This document shows, piece by piece, positions 61,501 to 64,000 of a DNA stretch of 64,000 nucleotides. A model generated the notes under the pieces. The model saw only the letters and a program-made list of their open reading frames with translations, made no database searches and had not been told where the DNA came from. The position numbers and the translations under genes were made by a program. The stretch lies in IMG/VR virus record IMGVR_UViG_3300031951_000037, positions 1-64,000 of that record. One strand, 5' to 3'. This DNA comes from a virus. The first letter of the stretch is position 1. Each line of letters begins with the position of its first letter.

Positions 61501-64000
61501 AATGATCAGTGGTACTATGTTGGAGTTCTAGAGTCATTGCCATCCGTCATTGTTGCATTATATAACAGCTATAGCGATGCAGTGAAGGATCAGAATAGAA
61601 TTCAGATCACACCTGGCTTAGCATCTAGCGACATGGTACTGTCTCCGGGTGCAAGAGCATCTATTGTAACGTCATCTTCACCAATTCGTGAAAACAATAT
61701 CACTTTGCGCTTTGACAGAACAACATATGGTTCTCAGGTACTTGATTGGGAATCAGGGGCGTTCTATGGTGCATTCTTTGCAGGAACATATTACAACAGT
61801 GACAAGATTTCAAGCTCTGCTATCACGCTTGAAAGCACCGAGCCTGATATCAATAATATTCTTGCAAGTGCCCAAGGTGTAGCCCTACAAATCTCTGACG
61901 TAGAAAATGATAGACAGCTTACATGGTCTTCTACTATAAGATATGTTGAGAAAACAAATAGCTCAAATGATTCTATCAACTTAGTTCCTGCCGCAAAAAC
62001 ATTTGTTGGTACAGCTACAATTGCAGGCACAACAATGAATGTAACTGCAATTAGTGAGGGAACTGTAGTAATTGGTACATATGTGTATGGTCCAATTATT
62101 GATCCTGATACTCGCATTGTTTCGCAGATAAGCGGGACACCGGGCGGAACAGGCGTGTACGAGGTTTCAATCAGTCAACCTGAGACTATTGTAGTTAACG
62201 AAACAGTATCCTCATCTGGTTATATTGTAATGGAATCAACAAGTGGGTTCAGTATAAATGATGTAATAATCTTTGATGATATTGTTACCACAACCGGCAC
62301 AACTAATATCGTTCCTGGAACAGTGTATTATGTAAAACAAATCATCAGTGGTACGGAACTTACATTATCAACTGCAATTAATGGATCACTATTCAATCCC
62401 GGCAATTGGACAGGAAGTATGTCAGTCGTCGGCTCTGCTGTAAATGGATATGAATTGAATGCTGCTGGAACCACTGTTGGTTTCTATGTAGACATGCCGA
62501 TTAAGTTTGTAGGAGCTGTAGTAGGTAACCTTGCTGAAAACGAAACTTATTATGTTTCTGCAATTCATAACCCTATTCAATTCTCAGTTTCTACAACTCA
62601 GGGCGGCCCAACCGAAATCTTGATTAGTGAAACTGTGAGTGCGCAGGGACTAGAATGCTACACTGGTCAACTTGTAGACACTGCTATATTAACTTTAGAA
62701 TATCCTGGAATTCTAGAAGTAACTACAACACAGGCTACTGTTAACACATTGACTGTTCCAATGTCACCCGTAGGCACTGGTGGAACAACAGGTTTCTATA
62801 CTAATCTTCCAGTCTTCTTTACTGGGCAGGTGTTTGGTGGAATCATTGAAAATTTGGATTATTATATAACAACTGTTGTTGATAACGAAACTTTCACTAT
62901 CAGTGAATTCAAAGATCCGGTTATCACAGAAATCTCTGAAACAGTTGCATCAACAGACACTATCGTAGTAGAATCCACAACCGGCTTTGACTTGAATGAT
63001 CCTATCATTATTACATCGCTAACCGGAACGTTAGCATCAAGTAATATTGAGTCTGGAAGAACTTACTACGTAAGTGAAATCGTCAGCAACACCGAAATGA
63101 CTATTTCAGAATTGGTTAACGGAACAGTATTGTCGCTCAATAACGGTACTGGAACTGCAATTCTAACCAATCAAAAGAATACAGTTCAGTTGACTAGCGA
63201 AACTGGTTCAATGACCATGAACGTTTCACTGCCTGTAAGTCCAGGACAAATCAATGGTCAGCTATTCACGCTATATCAGACTGCTGGACAGTATCCTGAT
63301 ATCGTTTCTGAAAACTATTCGGACTTGATTGAAAGAACAATTCGTGCTACAATCGGAACGAACTATACTGTTCCAGTTAATAGAATTGCAATCCCAGAAT
63401 CAGAAGGTGGAACATTTAATTTCTACGTTAACATGCCATTGCGAGTAAACAGTGCAGTGGGTGGATTGAGTACCGGTGTTACCTATTATGTAACTGAATA
63501 TTCGGGAGAAGAAATACCTGATCCTGAAAATCCTGGGGAGACAATAGCACGACCAAACATTCAGGTAGAAGTTAACACTACTTCTTCAGTAGGAAACGTA
63601 TTAACCTGTGCATACGATGTAGGAAGAAATCTATTAGGAACTACATCACTATACATCGGTATGCCAATCGTATTCTCTGGAATTGGATTGGGCGGAATTG
63701 TTATTGGACAAGAATATTTTGTTGAAAGCATCGTTAGTTCCACTGAGTTCACTATCTCTGAAACTGATGGCGGCACAGCAAAGACATTATCCACCGCAAA
63801 CGGTATTATGATGGGTGATGGTAACCCATACATCATCATATCTACTAGTAAGGGCGGAAGTGCAGTAGCTTTAACTAATGATACTTCAGCTTCTTCTAGC
63901 TTCACTCAGTTTATAACTGGGACTCCCGAATTCAGTTTGTCATATGTGTTGGGTGGATACACTGCGATAATTACTAATCCCGGTGAAGGCTTTGCAATCA
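49537..64000 (+). CDS. Giant baseplate/virion protein, more than 4,821 codons, partial
   Basis: Absent from the ORF track because no stop lies in the window. Frame stays open from MARVRTLNFLPEIFQT to the last line (TAIITNPGEGFAI) wherever sampled. Contains FG-GAP-like blades and repeated GLxxGxxYYVxxI modules. Confidence 0.88.
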   Translation, partial: MARVRTLNFLPEIFQTPTNAEFLAATLDQIVSNPVTAKVQGYVGSRFGPGINALDYYVTEPTKVRTDYQLEPGVVFTKPGESVARDFITYPGIVDSLKISGAVTNNNDRLFQSQFYSWDSFTNLDKLVNYHEYYWIPAGPPAVTVSNSVVFTNEDYLVTDFANNYEISEVGSQIDLGSNPTLSLLRGGTYTFTVNQDSQFWIQTEPGTSGFEATQPNIPTREVFGVSNNGENNGTVTFVVPQKNAQDQYIFPGNNVVDVVSTLPFSQVNGQRLYTITDPATGITYPGLQEIDGVSGLNGLRVMFYDTGAVDEIGYISSYYDETFYDVNDPFFTNPATVVVASTSAVNNALTVDTGYSTGPLILNQTITISGTPMGGLVPGQVYFVKEILSSTEFTVSESIEGATVTLSTQSGVDMVVNINQGQFEQGFYSTVNENFYRIQLVGDPNNPVLRLIPDGSIPNNQNIVPQFGVQWINRPFYRNTLGVISLVPQITAPKDILYYQDGSNPNKVGILKIIENNGKDYLDVDTEILGKINYTSPNGVAFTNGLKVSFDGNVFPVSYRRGEYYVEGVGTGIELISVEDLICPEGFTIGDYIPWDSLGFDIGNYDINLFLPIEQDYITIARNSISRNAWSRSNRWFHIDVINATASYNKNPAILTEFATQENKAKRPIIEFYPNLRLYNGGSVGKRAVDFFDTREPDALTNVAGLYNYYPDVETYTTNTAVVAPTPTTIVAVSAMLAGETYVVDTAFGTLQPVWNTLAGTEGVTYVDGDVITCQVDGSTIAVPGTGLARLLYDQTTIVVPLDEVTGTFQIGMYTGDTLNLVPVNSQIINLSDDGTDLTITVNWPYPQDLVGGTTSIVGTDTTASNYAVFPGARIIFANDTDAETSTTIYVVDIVELAPGQEPEIVLTRAEDATIEIDEQTAISRGYNYQGKTFYYDGIEWLEAQQKVTVNQAPLFDVFDDNGISFGNPEIYNSTTFKGSTIFSYGINPLTVDDPILGFPVRFSDIGNIGDISFDVTLNSDTFDYVRGFESITQKVNTGYVHNTTTRTEYQRELGWQTAVAPSTQYQIFNFNYQIENPTLVYTCDVQALPDLLPDEQGWTSVQVYYNNVYQEPSNYTITRYDNATSITLINPPEETTVVQVLVLSDQVSNNAYYMTPINLNNNPFNEDLTVADLGDIRNQYQDIFVNAPGTTGNIFGVNNFRDLGNLVPYGTKIIQNSASLAIPGAFLRKSNHDLLNALLFNSREYVKYKQLLVDTVQNTDYVQRYTPADILDDAIEQISASRSETSAFFWSDMLPNKSPFRVNTYKFNSNNDVTRYPLSQVYNFESANYNGVLVYLNRTVDNNLVQKQLLRNVDYTISTDSPTLTITLDLVPGDSVVIKEYNQTYGSYVPYTPSKLGLYALHQPQVVLDSDYTVPTYFIKGHDGSYTKLYGDYIPELDVLIDFRDQALLEFEKRIYNNVKLSTEVPIKFYDVLPGFFRNSDYSYDEWLQMYSVNFLNWIGQNRLDYKTQFYNRNNEFTYNYTNAQNKLDGSPIKQGYWRGLYEYLYDTTTPNLTPWEMLGFADKPTWWEDRYGPAPYTSDNLVLWGDVEAGIVYSEDGTFTVVPELARPGITNIIPVDTAGNLLSPLFSVVGTYNPSTFQKDWRVGDDGPVELSYRRSSTYPFDVIKLFALTRPAEFYNLAVDLDNYKFNAEFNQYLVNNRTHLIPSDIEVYGNGTAKTSYINWIVDYEKQLGIDSTANITSLLDNLDVRLIYRLAGYSDKTMLKFYVEKGSPNSNNAALLIPDESYSVLLYDNQPFDKITFSSVIVQQDVDGYKVFGNSQNIAYFTTYAPLNNGNYEDITVINQRVKVNKDHSTQEVLVPYGTKFYSAQEVAQFIMSYAAYLNDKGMIFDKIESGVEINWNLMVQEFLYWTQTGWDVGSIITLNPSATDLNVNRDGYIVQPLTLQQQNFILNQDLYPIQLNNLCVNRDGTSFRVHTLNEGDSMSYAQFNVSNFEHGIVFDNTTLFNDVIYNLTTGLRQNRITLRGMKTAEWNGTVDTWGFILNQDNVQEWARDIKYPKGIIVKYKNKYWTALRLVEPSAVFNELDWKLVDYQDIQKGLLPNSATRSYESTLYYNCNETNLEQDADLLSFSLIGYRPRDYLALADLTDVTQINVYKNMIKNKGTRNATQAFDGVNLPQGGIQYNVYENWAIKNGEYGGVLNDNFVEFRLDQSVLTGNPSIVSLNNGVYTPGAMQEVSLYDLFNYGDNVTDPNILATVNTEATDITYPSAGYANFDDVKMSSFYYAGLPNAVDKSGKVIPIQNFYVRDYFWLANFKEKWGIYTWNPIGQVVAAIGNVNGTTTIRFSQPHNLKKLDPIAIVNFSTTVDGYYLVSDIINLNEVIINLNLPNLNSGNVLQGLGVGLLVTNQRVNKPSDIESLSLLEAEFTKNTVWVDENTDGSWAVYRKNINYQNTGEIYVDNSTTFGSSVAYTDIVGYLIGDPGAGKVHRFYYNESTNEYDLAQVITKTSSFGSAIAHAGNTFVISQPTGTPKVFVYIWNDTTATNNLIQYQEIAAPGGVTDWGSKIAISGDQNWIYISDYLNTNVYVYRKDNTEFTAGYFTVGQTYTITSVGTTDFTTIGAPQNSVGITFVATGIGTGTGTATRVTYQEAAVIDGSLLGLTNSDGFGKSISTSYYGDRIFIGAPNKDHANGTTDNGELYFYQRSVQNFEAQYTTVPYLPHTFNLAWTPDTASANVTATNGTTDKITLSTVSGMSVNDAIVFVGSGLSGTGIEENKTYYIESIVGSDITIKTSRSSTTVFGITTVASVTGATASAQTTPLYVTVNGTLVADNNYAVNGSNLIYSGFLRAGDIVNVSGNEFFMAQEFNPETNDRINIQFGYAVDTTQSSGELLIGSPFEINEEIKEGKVYRYTDAGARFGIVFGTEECNVLGSRTILINGFAVNLAAGNAEDTASVINATQVPNVIASSTSDNKLIIQVADQSLAQINNKLVVTAFDDTTLAELGIQSYSFTQIVTCPHREGPTEFGKSIKFNEFDSVVIGAPVGANFVGTTFDFTDDENLDNDTVFDNNATRFVESYANSGAVYMFDLLSNYEGNALNPGAFVYAQSVNTSTLNFDFNPYYGYAVDFNNNTVVAGAPNMQGTLITGGQATGFTNATGVRDWTEYRQSAPIVDIEKIENTQIFSALTNDTLVNLDYMDPLQGKLLGAVRQNIDYVSGSDPAKYNSNNSTNGYVWGAEQVGQIWFNTKSVRFVNYHQNDVVYNSEYWGTLFPGSDVAVYTWVASNNTPAQYSGPGVPFDVTQYCVGSTLNSSNIVTPIYYFWVRNTNIIDKHRGKTLSDNIIARYIANPRNSGIAYVAPLLPNTFALYNSEEYFDGNNSIFHIGYANGTGSDVSHSEYTLIRENYPDDFLPGLPAVADAPTTLPFRVLYPAAGVDEPNSLYARMLDSLSGTTAPITTPDGTIETGQVVPNPFLPKAVQSGVLARPRQSFFFNRFTALQNYLTYANEVLIQYPIVELRPNLSFIFAQGEFFDTANYWTYVNWWLPGYNNSTRAALQVPIYADLAELRVAPGTIVKVEQNGQGLFEFYRYDDNGVWSRIGLENGTIQFNSYLWDYEAAKLGYGGDFFDTTPFDIYPSEETRNIVRALNEQIYTGDLLEHRNKSLVLLFEYIQSETIESQNYLPWINKTSLMDVFHTVRELKPYEVFKSDNVAFLEGYINEVKPYHVVIKEFLVKYTGIEEFTGDITDFDVPATYSPTYQEYISPQLVYSDPNNRYEYEYGNDIWATAPYTQWYQNYGLSITGEPNYNITTLKTYMDLGTRTMIVDNASGFPVNGVIRIGDESIAYSYVDRDLNLLGGLSRGFNQTVVAQHIPGANIFIDLPAVVVLNEGSGYTDVPQVTAYIDTAIYPAPRKEAILQAVMSGDRVSAVNVIDPGEGYAVLPEIRISTAYSVLFSDADINPALHTINLYAPSFVTGDLVKFTQGSNGGKPNFLVNDQWYYVGVLESLPSVIVALYNSYSDAVKDQNRIQITPGLASSDMVLSPGARASIVTSSSPIRENNITLRFDRTTYGSQVLDWESGAFYGAFFAGTYYNSDKISSSAITLESTEPDINNILASAQGVALQISDVENDRQLTWSSTIRYVEKTNSSNDSINLVPAAKTFVGTATIAGTTMNVTAISEGTVVIGTYVYGPIIDPDTRIVSQISGTPGGTGVYEVSISQPETIVVNETVSSSGYIVMESTSGFSINDVIIFDDIVTTTGTTNIVPGTVYYVKQIISGTELTLSTAINGSLFNPGNWTGSMSVVGSAVNGYELNAAGTTVGFYVDMPIKFVGAVVGNLAENETYYVSAIHNPIQFSVSTTQGGPTEILISETVSAQGLECYTGQLVDTAILTLEYPGILEVTTTQATVNTLTVPMSPVGTGGTTGFYTNLPVFFTGQVFGGIIENLDYYITTVVDNETFTISEFKDPVITEISETVASTDTIVVESTTGFDLNDPIIITSLTGTLASSNIESGRTYYVSEIVSNTEMTISELVNGTVLSLNNGTGTAILTNQKNTVQLTSETGSMTMNVSLPVSPGQINGQLFTLYQTAGQYPDIVSENYSDLIERTIRATIGTNYTVPVNRIAIPESEGGTFNFYVNMPLRVNSAVGGLSTGVTYYVTEYSGEEIPDPENPGETIARPNIQVEVNTTSSVGNVLTCAYDVGRNLLGTTSLYIGMPIVFSGIGLGGIVIGQEYFVESIVSSTEFTISETDGGTAKTLSTANGIMMGDGNPYIIISTSKGGSAVALTNDTSASSSFTQFITGTPEFSLSYVLGGYTAIITNPGEGFAI

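Overview
This window is the morphogenesis and recombination core of a large T4-like myophage, with no host genes, tRNAs, CRISPR array or reverse transcriptase visible. 1-19.9 kb (minus strand): N/T/G/A-rich repeat fibre proteins, three LamG lectin-fold proteins with two small Cys-rich partners, and a beta-helix module. 19.9-20.8 kb: a degenerate HNH gene and a signal-peptide thermonuclease. 20.8-30.5 kb (minus): major capsid protein, scaffold, protease, an acidic head protein, portal and a tape-measure-like protein with two cell-wall hydrolase domains. 30.6-31.65 kb (plus): a gp26-like chaperone with a U_UUU_UUC -1 frameshift into a start-less second ORF. 31.66-32.12 kb: an ORF-free, densely base-paired element of about 370 nt (candidate new large ncRNA) directly downstream of the gp55-gp47-gp46-resolvase genes (32.1-36.8 kb, minus). 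36.9-64 kb (plus): the baseplate operon, ending in a >4,800-codon ORF that runs off the window. About 15 T4-late-type (A/C)TAAATA boxes sit just upstream of genes, four of them placed to give leaderless mRNAs. Best leads: the candidate ncRNA and the lambda G/GT-like frameshift. Family names come from motif recognition only; no database search was run.
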